Positions 11,981 to 23,326 of a stretch of 27,573 nucleotides of DNA are shown here, piece after piece. This stretch comes from Paraspadella gotoi (taxonomy: Eukaryota; Animalia; Chaetognatha): contig CM119268.1 in assembly GCA_051294375.1 (NCBI GenBank), positions 6,996,523 through 7,024,095 on the forward strand. Reading direction: 5' to 3'. The position numbers and the translations under genes are program-made. The notes under the pieces were generated by a model. That model was given only the letters and a program-made list of their open reading frames with translations, searched no databases and was not told the origin of the DNA. Position 1 is the stretch's first letter. Each line of letters opens with the position of its first letter.

Positions 11981-13169
11981 TCTCTCTCTCATTAGTTTTA
12001 AAAGGGCGGGGAGGCAACAAAATTCGGGTGAAAGGCTGTTTAAACAACATCCCTCCCCATCTCCTCCATTCCTATTTTCTCCCTTCACACCTCCCATTTT
12101 TCCTTACCCATTGTGACCCTTTTTCCTTACTCATTCTGACCCTTTTTCCGATCTCCACTTCCCCTTTTTCTTATACCACTGTGACCCTGCCTTTCTGTCT
12201 CTTTGAGTCTCAATTTCTTTTTTACGAAAAAAAAAAATTAGCAGACATCAATACATCAATATTTTTTAGTAGACATCAATACGTTTAACAATTTTATTTT
12301 AACGTTAAATCAATATTTTTCGATAATTTCATTTAAAATTAGTAACGTAAAGGATGATATTCTAAAATTTACACTTAACGTCACTGTATTTCCTTTCCTC
12401 TTGATTTTAGACGCGCTAAATTAATTAAAACTTTTTTTTAGTCAGCTTTGATTATTTAACAAAGTTAGTGAAGTTAATTTTTAATGTCTTTAAAATTTAA
12501 CCGAATTAAATTACAATAAACTAAACCTAAACTATTTTAATTTTTTACTCGCGCCCTCTTTTGTCATCTCACGAATCGAGTTTCGAGTTTCGACAAAAAA
12601 AAAGGAACACCGCGACGTAATTCGAAACCTTTAGTCGACGCGTCCCGCCCACGCGAGTTCGGGTTTTACGGCGTGGGGGGGGGGAAGAGGTGGTAGATTT
12701 AAAGTTGACATCGACCTAAGACTGGGGCGAAGGGGGGGAGGTTAAAAGTTTAAGTTAACCTTACTTTTCCGCCTTCGTGCGTGAGGTTAGATTTCTTGTC
12801 GTCTCTTCATTTTTGACATCAATCTTGTCGTTGACGCTTCAATTAGCTTTTCTCTCGATATCCTGGTGTAACTTCGTCCAATTAATCTCCATTTAAGAAA
12901 AGTGACAAAAGGGCGAGTACGACTCTGATTCGAAATGGCGACTTTTATAAGCAATTAGTAGATTATAACGTAAGTAAAATTTGCGATTAATTATACGCTA
13001 ACGCACGATCGCGATTTATCAAGATACGGTTGACCCAATTTTAACTAAGATTCTATATTTTTTTTTTGTTCCGATTAAATAATGTTGTTAGCGGGAAGAC
13101 AAATTGCGAGGAAAAAGCGGAGGAAGTGAGAGAAAGATATAGAGAGATAGAGAAGGAGAGAGGGAGAGG

Positions 13170-13206
<37 letters not shown>

Positions 13207-14124
13207 CACCCATAGGGAAGAATAATTAATTGGAGAAATGAAAAAAGCCTTTTTTTGAATAAAAAAAAATAGTTGAGACAGAACCGCAGGGGAATAAAGC
13301 TTTTTAGGAGAAGAAGGAGACCAAGATGGAAAAGAGAAAGAAGGAGAAGCAGGAGAGGAAGAAAGAATTAAAAAGAAAAGAAAAGGAGTAAAGAAGAAAG
13401 AGAGGAAAGAAGAGGAATTTGAAAACAAAGGAAGAAGATGAAGAGAAAAGAGGAAAAAAAAAGACTAGAAGAAGAAAAATTAGGAAAGAAAGAGAACAAA
13501 AGGGGACGAAGAATAGGAGAGAAAAGATAAATACGTTACTGAAAATAAAGAATTAAAAAAAGGAGCCTTTGTATTTAGTGGTGGAAATTGAAAGTGGAAA
13601 GATTCCTCATCCCCCCCAGCTAAATCCGTTTGAATCTTCTTACATTTTGAGCCTCTTATCTATTTTACACTGTAACCGGCGTGATTCATCGAAAAGGTAT
13701 ATTATTATTTGTTTACTTTTTTATTCATTATTTTGTTTATCTTCTCGTATCTTTTCGCCAGGAAGATTGAGAAAGATGATGACGACGAAAGAGACGACGA
13801 TGACGGCCACTTTTTTTTTTCCCGCCAAATTCTCGTCGAAGAAGGGAAATCTCCAGAAAAAAAATTCAAATTTTGGCGGAAAAATTCAAGCGATTCATTT
13901 TTAGGGATTTTTATGGCCGAGAGATAGAAAGGGAAAGAGGAAGAGGAATCGGGGATGAGGTGCGCTTGGGTAAGGTTCGTCTAAAGGTGAAGGGGTTAAA
14001 AAGTAAGGAGTGAAAGAGATAGGGTTAAAGAGTAAGGAAGAACCATACACGCTGGTGTATGATTTTGGAACGCGAGCGAGATAGATTGTGAATTTAAACG
14101 CGTTCCCTATCCCCAAAGTGTATA

Positions 14125-14126
<2 letters not shown>

Positions 14127-14219
<93 letters not shown>

Positions 14220-14407
14220 CGTTACCTAAGAGTCGAAAAAAATATCAGTTGATAGATCTCGTGAGCTTCATAGTTCACGACAGTGAATGGGCACGTTTAG
14301 TCGTTCACGACCTTCTTCAGTCTTTCTCGACTGGCTGATTCTGAGACAGACAGATGAAGGGAAGAGAGAAAGAGAAGAAGAGAGAGAGAGAGAAGAAGAG
14401 AAGAAGG

Positions 14408-14446
<39 letters not shown>

Positions 14447-14573
14447 TGAGGAAAATGGTAAGCACCTGCTAACCCTGCTAATGAAACGTAAATATTTACT
14501 TCTCCAATTGTCTCTTATTTGATAGTAGGATTAAAATCGAATTAAATATATTGAGAGAGAAGAGAGAGAGAGA

Positions 14574-14633
<60 letters not shown>
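14127..14633. repeat. (GA)n microsatellite cluster
   Basis: Tracts at about 14127-14214, 14362-14445 and 14553-14633. Confidence 0.93.
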
Positions 14634-14635
<2 letters not shown>

Positions 14636-15396
14636 AGAAAATTATAAAATTAATTTCAAATCGAACTCAGAATAATATGGAGAGACTAGAAAAAAAAATT
14701 TTAAAAAAGTCGTTAGTAGTTAGTGATAACAGAAAAGTTTGAAAAAAAGAAAAAAGCTTAGATTTTTTTTTTTTTGAAAACGAGGAAACGTTGATTAAAC
14801 GAGAAATCTTTCTCTTTCCTTGTTTTACAACGTTGTACCCACACACTTCTGTGATGGAATTGTGTTTCGTCACGAAAATCAAAAAGAGAGAAAAAGGAAA
14901 AGAAAAGGAAAAAACTGGGTGAAATGAAAGAGAAAAAAAAACCGTTTTGGAGAAAAAGAAGTTGGCGATCTGTTTTTCGTTCAAAAGGCGATTAGAATCT
15001 TGAAAGGAGATGGAAATGAAGAGGAAATGATTGAAAGCGGGGGAGGGAGGAAAGGAAGGGAGGAAAGGAAGGGAGGAAAGAGAAGGAGGAAGAAAGTACA
15101 AGGAGATGGAAAAGAGGGAAGAAGGAATATGGAGGAGGGAGGAAAGGAATAATGGAGGAGAATTTAAGTATTTAAGTAGAGGAAAAGAAAATGAGAAAGA
15201 GAAAGAGATGGAAGTATAATTCGACCAAGCGGAAAAAAGACAAGGGACGAGGGTAATATACAAAAACTTCCGAGGTGCATATTCACAATTGAAAAGTGAC
15301 ATTGCATAAGAAGGCTGCGAGAAAATAAGGAGGAAAGGAAGAAGAGAAGAAAAAGAAAAAGAAATAAAGCGTGGGATTTCTGCGGGGAGAAACGAG

Positions 15397-15399
<3 letters not shown>

Positions 15400-15438
<39 letters not shown>

Positions 15439-15439
15439 G

Positions 15440-15470
<31 letters not shown>

Positions 15471-15569
15471 AAGAGATCCTCCTTATTTTGCTCACTCTCA
15501 ACTTGGAGAAGAAATAACAAAGGAATTACAACGCATTTTCTCTCATCTCTCGTCTCTCTCTCTCTTCTC

Positions 15570-15644
<75 letters not shown>

Positions 15645-15645
15645 T
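15400..15645. repeat. (GA)n and (CT)n microsatellites
   Basis: Direct reading. Confidence 0.9.
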
Positions 15646-17117
15646 CCCTCCGAGTTTCCCTCGTCGAGAAGTTTCTGTTTCAAATCGATCCGCTACCGTT
15701 GACGCCAAACTCGGAATGCCAATTCTTCTCCTTTGGTTCATTATTTTTTTTTGATGAGAATTTTGGCTTTTTTATTTTTTTTAAATAGGGGGGGGGGACA
15801 GAGGGGAGTGAAGTGGAATGATTAATTTGACGTCGCGAGTTTTGACATCGCTCGAATCGTTCGTGCGATAAAAGAGATTTGTCGCAGCGTGTGAATTAAT
15901 TCAATTAATTTAATTCGCACTTGCGCATTTCAGACTGCACATTGCACATTGGATCGTCGCGATCAGCCTTCGCATGATATTTCATCAAAAGGACCTTAAA
16001 AAAGTAAATCTCAAGAAAAAAAGGTTTGAGAGAAAAGAAAGTCTCGAGAAAAAATAAAAGAAGAAAAGTAGGAAACGAATGAACTTTCTTCAATTTCCCT
16101 TCACAGCGGGAAAAATAGAAAATCTTATAAAAAAAAAGAGGAGAGAGTGAGAGAGAGAGAGAGAGGAGCAAGAAGAGGTGTAGTGGCTGTTTATTATTTC
16201 TGAATATCTCCGCGGAAAATGAGNNNNNNNNNNNNNNNNNNNNNNNNNNNNNNNNNNNNNNNNNNNNNNNNNNNNNNNNNNNNNNNNNNNNNNNNNNNNN
16301 NNNNNNNNNNNNNNNNNNNNNNNNNNNNNNNNNNNNNNNNNNNNNNNNNNNNNNNNNNNNNNNNNNNNNNNNNNNNNNNNACGAATAGGACGTAATAAGA
16401 TATCGCTATATTCTTTGAAGACTAATAAATTATCTTTATTTTCTCTGCCTGAGAGGAGGAGACACAAAATGTTCAATGACGTTATATCACCAAGAAAATT
16501 CCATTCGAGAAAATCAATATTGGGTTATGGGCACCAAAGCCGGCGGAGCCCGGGAGGGAAACGAACGGCCATGTCTCTCTCTCTCTCTCTCNNNNNNNNN
16601 NNNNNNNNNNNNNNNNNNNNNNNNNNNNNNNNNNNNNNNNNNNNNNNNNNNNNNNNNNNNNNNNNNNNNNNNNNNNNNNNNNNNNNNNNNNNNNNNNNNN
16701 NNNNNNNNNNNNNNNNNNNNNNNNNNNNNNNNNNNNNNNNNNNNNNNNNNNNNNNNNNNNNNNNNNNNNNNNNNNNNNNNNNNNNNNNNNNNNNNNNNNN
16801 NNNNNNNNNNNNNNNNNNNNNNNNNNNNNNNNNNNNNNNNNNNNNNNNNNNNNNNNNNNNNNNNNNNNNNNNNNNNCGGGCGCGCCCGTTCTCGTCTTGC
16901 GTAGTTATTGTTATTATTACCGATTTATCTTTTCTTTCATCTTCTTCGTGTTCTTTTGTTTCCTCGACTCAAACTTACCCTGCCTTCGCTCGACTTGGCA
17001 GACTCGCACCCTCCTCTAATTTATTTTACTCTGGTTTTCTTACTCAATGACCCCAGTTCCTTTTTTTTACGCCTCATATTCATTATTGAATTCTTCCTCG
17101 AAACTTTCTCTCCCTCA

Positions 17118-17148
<31 letters not shown>

Positions 17149-17272
17149 NNNNNNNNNNGATTGACGTTATTATTATTACTATTACCATTATTAGATTTAT
17201 TATGATTAATAATTATCTCTAACTTTACTCTTATCTTAATCGTCTTCTTCATATTTCCCGTCAACAACTCAC

Positions 17273-17781
17273 CCCATACTTTCTCCGCCCATCTCGTCGA
17301 TCCGTTCTCGACGCTCATTGGTTCCCGGAAAGAAAGAAGTCGGCTTCTGATTGGTTGTCCTCCAAGTAGCGTCGCGATTGGTCGATTCGGAGGCGACGGC
17401 TCCCGGGGAATCGCGCGCAAATTGATATGGGGCCTGGAGAATTGATTGGAGGAAGGAGGGCGGAGAGGAGGAGGAGGAGGAGGAGGAGGAGGAGGAGGAG
17501 GACGACGACGACAAAGACAGCGACGACGACGAAGATGACGAATAAGAGTCCACGCCTCGAAAAGAAGCGTCGATGTTGACAGGAGTAGTTTTTGTCTGGG
17601 GATTCGAGTCCCGGACGGGCGACTCGAGAGCGTTGGGAATACACGAAGACGTCGTCGTCGTCGTCGTCGTCGTCGTAGCTTTCGATCTCGTCGATTTTGC
17701 TGCCGCTGCGGAAGCTGCTGATGGGAAAGCCGCCGCTGCGTCTGCCGCGCCGTAACGCGATGAGCCGACTCCAGTTTCTTC
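17273..17781 (-). CDS. Candidate 509-nt internal exon encoding a low-complexity Ala/Thr/Ser-rich peptide
   Basis: Long polypyrimidine tract and ttcattcag acceptor (17784-17782); open frame EETGVGSSRYGAADAAAAFPSAAS...ERIDEMGGESM; GTGAGT donor at 17272; internal repeats are trinucleotides, which preserve frame. Confidence 0.5.
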
Positions 17782-18159
17782 CTGAATGAAAAAAAAAGGG
17801 AAAGAAAATAAGTTGAAAAAGAAAAGCGGAAAGAAAAAAAGTGAAGAAAGTTATGGGAGGTTTTTTTTTCTTTCAAAGTCCATCTTCTTGTTTGCCTCAT
17901 TACCTTCTTTTGTTTTTATATCTTTTCTTTAAATCTTTTTTCTTCTTCTTTTCTTATCTATTAGTCCCTTTTATTCTTATCTTTGGTTTCATCTATTATT
18001 TTTTAATGTTTCTCGCTATTCATATTCCGAACGAGCGTTTGATAATAATTATATTTTCTCCCCTCAATTCGCTAGTCAGATATTAATTGATTAGATGAGA
18101 TTAGCTTTTCATTTTGGTAATACTATGTTGGTGGATTATTTGAACGATTAATTTACTAT

Positions 18160-18462
18160 TTCATTCATTCATTCATTTATTCATTCATTCATNNNNNNNN
18201 NNNNNNNNNNNNNNNNNNNNNNNNNNNNNNNNNNNNNNNNNNNNNNNNNNNNNNNNNNNNNNNNNNNNNNNNNNNNNNNNNNNNNNNNNNNNNNNNNNNN
18301 NNNNNNNNNNNNNNNNNNNNNNNNNNNNNNNNNNNNNNNNNNNNNNNNNNNNNNNNNNNNNNNNNNNNNNNNNNNNNNNNNNNNNNNNNNNNNNNNNNNN
18401 NNNNNNNNNNNNNNNNNNNNNNTCATTCATTCATTCATTCATTCATTCAATCATTCATTCAT
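18160..18462. repeat. (TTCA)n tetranucleotide microsatellite spanning a gap
   Basis: TTCA units on both sides of N 18193-18422. Confidence 0.92.
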
Positions 18463-18547
18463 CCGTTGGCGACGAGTGACCAATCGACGAAAGACTTGCC
18501 TCTTCTTCATATGACACTGACATCCTCTTTCGTCTTCCCTCAAAACC

Positions 18548-18648
18548 ACAACAACGACGACAACAACAACAACGACAACAACAACGACGACGACAACAAC
18601 AACGACAACAACAACGACGACGACGACGAAGACGACGACGACGACGAC
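18548..18648. repeat. (AAC/GAC)n trinucleotide repeat
   Basis: Direct reading. Confidence 0.9.
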
Positions 18649-18806
18649 GCGACGATAATTTAGCGGAAATGAGCTTCAAGACGACGCAAGAAGCCTCTTC
18701 CCTTCTTCATAAATCCTTTGAATTAAATGCATTTATAAACGTCATCTCTCTCTATCTCTCTATCACTCTGTCTCTCTGTCTCTCTCGCTCTCTCTTTCTC
18801 TCTCAG

Positions 18807-18824
18807 GTTTTATCTTCTCGCGAG
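18807..18824 (+). CDS. Candidate 18-nt symmetric microexon (VLSSRE in phase 0)
   Basis: About 60-nt TC-rich tract ending in CAG, then gttttatcttctcgcgag, then GTAATC donor. Confidence 0.2.
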
Positions 18825-19442
18825 GTAATCCAAGAATAAAAGAAAGGTTGAGTTGAGCGAGCGGGAGAAAACNNNNNNNNNNNNNNNNNNNNNNNNNNNN
18901 NNNNNNNNNNNNNNNNNNNNNNNNNNNNNNNNNNNNNNNNNNNNNNNNNNNNNNNNNNNNNNNNNNNNNNNNNNNNNNNNNNNNNNNNNNNNNNNNNNNN
19001 NNNNNNNNNNNNNNNNNNNNNNNNNNNNNNNNNNNNNNNNNNNNNNNNNNNNNNNNNNNNNNNNNNNNNNNNNNNNNNNNNNNNNNNNNNNNNNNNNNNN
19101 NNNNNAGAGAGAGAGATACAATGATGGACGGGGAGCTACTAGAAACGCAAGGAACCTTAGATAAGACGCGATATAAATGGAAAAACAGTTTTCATGGCTG
19201 CTCCCTCTCTCTCTTTCTCTCTCATACTCTCTCGCTGTCGGGTTGTTGCTTTCTTGACAGTGTTTTTCGGTTTTTTTTTCCTTTCTTCTGTCGTTTCACA
19301 GTTCTTACATCCTCGATACTTTTGGACTAACTAATAAATTTCGTTTGGATAAATCACGTATCATAATTACTAAATTAGTTTACAGAAAGAGCCGGTAATA
19401 CTTTGTTTAAATGTGTATATATATTTATACTTTGTTTACATG

Positions 19443-19725
19443 TGTTGTCAGAATATTAAAGTATTATTACAAAATCTCGGTCTTGTACTTTACAAATAAC
19501 CGAACGTCGGGCTTCGCCGAATTGTAAACAAATGCTTTTTGGTTTTCGATCGCTTGTAATTCTTCAGTCGTGATTTTGGCCGAGTAACAATTTGTAACTT
19601 TCTCCCCTTTTATTTCTTTTGTTTTACCTTATTTAATATAACTATAGTGAATACTCAATCCTCTATTAATATATTAGGCTGAATAGATTCGTCAGTTATT
19701 ACAGGAGCTAGTAATAAAGACGACA
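19443..19725 (+). mobile_element. Putative LTR of a Gypsy-like LTR retrotransposon (283 bp)
   Basis: Termini tgttgtc...gacgaca form a 6/7 inverted repeat (TG...CA); AATAAA at 19713-19718; a TGG-initiated tRNA-complementary sequence follows immediately. Left boundary less certain. Confidence 0.6.
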
Positions 19726-19768
19726 TGGTGGCAGCGGTGGGTTTCGAACCCACGCCTCCGAAGAGACT
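19726..19768 (-). pseudogene. 3' half of mature tRNA-Leu (AAG/TAG type) including CCA, i.e. an extended primer-binding site
   Basis: Reverse complement AGTCTCTTCGGAGGCGTGGGTTCGAAACCCACCGCTGCCA-CCA matches the eukaryotic tRNA-Leu variable arm, T-arm and acceptor strand as I recall it (one T-loop difference); 5' half absent. Confidence 0.88.
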
Positions 19769-19771
19769 ATA

Positions 19772-19824
<53 letters not shown>

Positions 19825-19845
19825 TATATGATATATATATATATA
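19769..19845. repeat. (TA)n microsatellite
   Basis: Direct reading. Confidence 0.95.
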
Positions 19846-20386
19846 AATGGTGTATACACTATTTTGCCCATAAAACGAAGCATTTTCGACGGTAACAGTT
19901 GCAAACTGGCAATGTTTATTTTCCCTGGCCACATTTTTTTTTAGCAGTCCATATAGAAAAGAATATCATCATTTTTTTTTATTCCATGATGTTTTATTAT
20001 TCGCGAAGAAAAGATTCCATGAAAATTAAATGAGGCGCAGACTTCGTCGCATCGAATTCTAGACGCGACTTCCACCTGACGAGAATTTAAAACTCGGGAT
20101 CTGAATTTTCTCAAATTTTGAATGAGAAAAAAAAAACAAAAAAAAAAAACAAAACAAAAAACAAAACAAAAAAAAATTAAAAAGCGGAAACTTAATCGCA
20201 TCATTTGGTTGGTAACATTTTCGGTTGAAGATAAGTAATATTTACAAATTTAGTCAAATTTAACCTCAGCCCCAACAGGAGAACTGAAGGAGTCGTATGA
20301 AGTGTTGTGATCGTCGGAGAAAAAAAAACCCTAAAAAAAAAAAAAAAAAACCATATCGGAGCGGATTTTCAGCGAGAACTCACAGA

Positions 20387-20406
20387 TGCCCTTTGACCTC
20401 TGACCT
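20387..20406 (-). promoter_or_regulatory. Triple half-site DR1 nuclear-receptor-type motif
   Basis: Minus strand reads AGGTCA-G-AGGTCA-A-AGGGCA; function not shown. Confidence 0.4.
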
Positions 20407-20477
20407 CACCATTTTTCTCCTTCGAAAACAACTTCGCCTCTGGCATCGCGCGATTTTTCTTCCGCGAAGAAACTCAC

Positions 20478-20522
20478 CTCCGTCGTTCCAGGGTTTGGCT
20501 CGCGACCCCGCAGAGCCGTCAT
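20478..20522 (-). CDS. Candidate first coding exon MTALRGREPNPGTTE
   Basis: ATG from the terminal minisatellite unit, 15 open codons, strong GAG|GTGAGT donor, phase 0 compatible with exon 17781-17273. Confidence 0.2.
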
Positions 20523-21017
20523 CTCCAATCCGTGCCCCACGCTGTGCCGTCATCTCCATTCTGTGCCACGCGCTGTGCCGTCATCTCCAATCCGTGCCCC
20601 ACGCTGTGCCGTCATCTCCATTCTGTGCCACGCGCTGTGCCATCATCTCCATTCCGTGCCCCACGCTGTGCCGTCATCTCTTTTCTGTGCCACGTGCTGT
20701 GCCGTCATCTCCATTCCGTGCCCCACGCTGTGCCGTCATCTCCATTCCGTGCCACGCGCTGTGCCGTCATCTCCATTCTGTGCCACGCGCTGTGCCGTCA
20801 TCTCCATTGTGTTCCACACGCAGTGCCGTCATCTCCAATTCGTGCCCCACGCTGTGCCGTCATCTCCATTCCGTGCCATGCGCTGTGCCGTCATCTCCAT
20901 TCTGTTCCACGCGCAGTGCCGTATCTCCAATCCGTGCCCCACGCTGTGCCGTCATCTCCAATCCGTGCCCCACGCTGTGCCGTCATCTCCAATCCGTGCC
21001 CCACGCCGTGCCGTCAT
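20515..21017. repeat. 31-bp GC-rich minisatellite, about 16 copies, with degenerate units continuing to about 21290
   Basis: Unit gccgtcatctccaatccgtgccccacgctgt with variants such as ...attctgtgccacgc... Confidence 0.97.
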
Positions 21018-21759
21018 TAGTTATCTCTAATCAGAGTCCCTTCCAGTGTCATCATCTCCGAATCTAAGCTCCGCTCAGTGTATTCATTTACAATCGGAGC
21101 CCTGTGCTGGGCCTTCATCTCCATACATCCCTTTATTGTGCCTTCAAATACAATTCAAGTCCCTTGCAGTGCCATCATCTCTGAATCTAAGCCCCCCCGG
21201 TGCCGTTATCTCTAATCCGAGTCTTCAGTTCCCCGTAGTGCCATCACCTTTAATCCGTACTCCTCATTGTGCCATTCTCTCCTATCAGATTGCACTTCCC
21301 ACCCCAATTAAGTTCTCTCAGTAGCTCTGCCTCTCTTTCAGATTGAAAAATTTCCATCCTTCCAATAACTTCTAAGCTCAATCCAATTCTTAACCGACAT
21401 AATTACACAAAATCATCATTTTTTTTAAAAAAATGAGATTCTAAACTTTTACCTCCAATCACCGCTTTGCTTCACAATACAATCGGCCAACCACAGCTCA
21501 GCATTGCAACCGTCGACTACAACGAGAATCGCCATTTTTTTCTCTCGTCGAGTTACTCAGTTACATTAATGTCTCCCCGGCGTAACGGGGAGGGGGGGGG
21601 CGCGGCAATATTTCGTTTAGTCTGATTGATGGTTATTGGCGGAGGCCCGTTGCATTTTTTAAAATCATACAAGGAAGAGAAAAGGAAAAAAAGCGAGGTT
21701 GCGAGACCGAGAGCCGAGCGTCGCCTCGCTTCTCGACGATGAATCTTAACTTTGCCTGT

Positions 21760-21904
21760 ATTTTTTTGTTTTGTTTTGTTTTTTTTTTTTTCTGTTTTTT
21801 CTTTTTGCTGAATTAACTGCTGAAAGGGATTCGAACCCGCGACCTATTCATCAAAAATCCACCAGCGATCCTGCTATCGACTTTCCATCAGGCCAACCCA
21901 GCAG
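21760..21904 (-). mobile_element. tRNA-derived SINE-like or retroposed tRNA-like copy with an A-rich tail
   Basis: Minus strand: A-box-like TGGCCTGATGG, B-box GGTTCGAATCCC, closing stem CTGCTG/CAGCAG (21904-21817), then an A-rich tail (T-rich on + at 21760-21806). No canonical anticodon arm. Confidence 0.55.
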
Positions 21905-22702
21905 GACTCATAAAAATCGCTGCTCAACTTTNNNNNNNNNNNNNNNNNNNNNNNNNNNNNNNNNNNNNNNNNNNNNNNNNNNNNNNNNNNNNNNNNNNNN
22001 NNNNNNNNNNNNNNNNNNNNNNNNNNNNNNNNNNNNNNNNNNNNNNNNNNNNNNNNNNNNNNNNNNNNNNNNNNNNNNNNNNNNNNNNNNNNNNNNNNNN
22101 NNNNNNNNNNNNNNNNNNNNNNNNNNTTCTCTTTTTTCCCTCCATTTTTCTGATTCACTCTTTCCTCCATCTCTCAGTCTCTCTCTTCTTTTTCTCTCCT
22201 TCCAACGATTTTCTTTTTTTTAGTTTCTTTTTTAAAAAAAATTCTTTGCGAAATCTTTTTATTTTATTTGGTTGAACCCTTTTTGCCTCCATTCCTGATA
22301 ACATTTCTTTTCTTTTTCCTCCTCGCTTCCTCCGCTTTTAACAACCTTTCCTTTCAACATTTTTCTTTTTTCTTCTTTGCTTCCTCTACTTCTATCCGCC
22401 TTTCCTCTCAACATTTCTTTCCTTTTTCCTCCCTCACTTTCTCAGCATTTCCGGACGTCTCCACCTTTGCTTTCTTTTTCCAGGAAATGATTGAGTCAGA
22501 TATCTGCTCAAAGCGCGAAATTCGAGAAAAAAAAAGAAAATTTTGCGGAATGCATTTTTTTCTAAGGCTTAATTTAACCCACCCCCCCAAAAAAATAACC
22601 AAACAATTTATCATATTTCTCGTCCTCACTCGCTTTTGAAAAGAAATTTTAGTTATTCCAGAGATCTGTTTCTTTTGTTTTTTCCTCCTTTTCAAATTAC
22701 AG

Positions 22703-23019
22703 GTAAAAGCAACAAGAAAAAAAAATCACTCTTCGCAGAACAAAAAAAAAACAAAAACAACAAAATATACGCCCGACGTCTCGTCCAGGTTGCTGCGCTC
22801 TAGGCTGCAGCAACTTAGAGCAGCAGGAACTACTGCAGCAGCAGCGAGAGAAGCCGAGACGCAGCAATTTCTCTCGGGCGCCGGGAAGAAAAAAAAAAAG
22901 GGAAAGAAATTCGAGTTGGGGCGAATTCTTTCGACGTCGCCGGATTTTTCGGTCCTCGTCGGCGCCGGACGGAAATCCTCAGGTCCGGAAAAAGAGGAGG
23001 AGGTGGAGGAGGAGGTGAG
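22703..23019 (+). CDS. Candidate 317-nt internal exon, Lys-rich then acidic peptide
   Basis: Polypyrimidine tract and ttacag acceptor; open frame VKATRKKNHSSQ...LLRSRLQQLRAAGTTAAAAREAETQQFLSGAGKKKKKGKKFELGRILSTSPDFSVLVGAGRKSSGPEKEEEVEEEV; AG|GTAAGG donor at 23020. Confidence 0.4.
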
Positions 23020-23313
23020 GTAAGGGGGCGGAAATTTTTCTTTGGTGTTTGAGAAAATGATAAAGATGAGATGATTTGGATAATGGATATATATCTTGCT
23101 TTAACATCTCTCCAAAGTCTGGCACATGATATCCTATATTTATTAAATAAATGGTTAATTCTCTATTTGTTGTCTCAACATCTTCAAGTAAATAAATTCC
23201 TCTTTCGATTTTGACAAACGTTTGCTCTCCTTCATTTTAAAATTATAAAACGCAGTTCAAACGCAGAATCGGCGCTCGATTTCATAAAAAAGGGAAATGG
23301 AGGAGAACGGGCG

Positions 23314-23326
23314 AGGTCAAAGGTCA
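23314..23326 (+). promoter_or_regulatory. Perfect DR1 motif AGGTCA-A-AGGTCA
   Basis: Exact consensus; a weaker cagtca-a-agttcg lies at about 23374-23386. Confidence 0.4.

Noticed and set aside
12547-12658. Nested short inverted repeats (actcgcg/cgcgagt, gtttcga/tcgaaac)
   Set aside because: The arms are only 7 bp in CpG-rich sequence, which is expected by chance.
13762-13970. Plus-strand exon candidate (cgccag acceptor, GTAAGG donor)
   Set aside because: All three frames hit a stop before the donor; it is rescuable only by assuming a homopolymer error or a terminal exon.
15905-15995. Minus-strand peptide VLLMKYHAKADRDDPMCNVQSEMRKCELN after an AAG acceptor
   Set aside because: Short, weak acceptor, no recognisable domain, and phase-incompatible with the 17273 donor.
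17115-17900. 261-aa poly-Arg/poly-Pro ORF
   Set aside because: It is an alternative frame over trinucleotide repeats that runs through intron-like tracts and Ns; the splice-bounded frame is more plausible, though not proven.
19726-19768. Functional tRNA-Leu gene
   Set aside because: The D-arm, A-box and anticodon are missing and replaced by (TA)n; the encoded CCA indicates an RNA-derived copy.
20515-21017. CRISPR-like array
   Set aside because: Units are head-to-tail with no unique spacers, there are no cas genes, and the context is eukaryotic.
20297-21067. 256-aa Cys/Pro/His-rich ORF and two overlapping ORFs
   Set aside because: They are translations of the stop-free 31-bp minisatellite; all three frames cycle through the same peptides.
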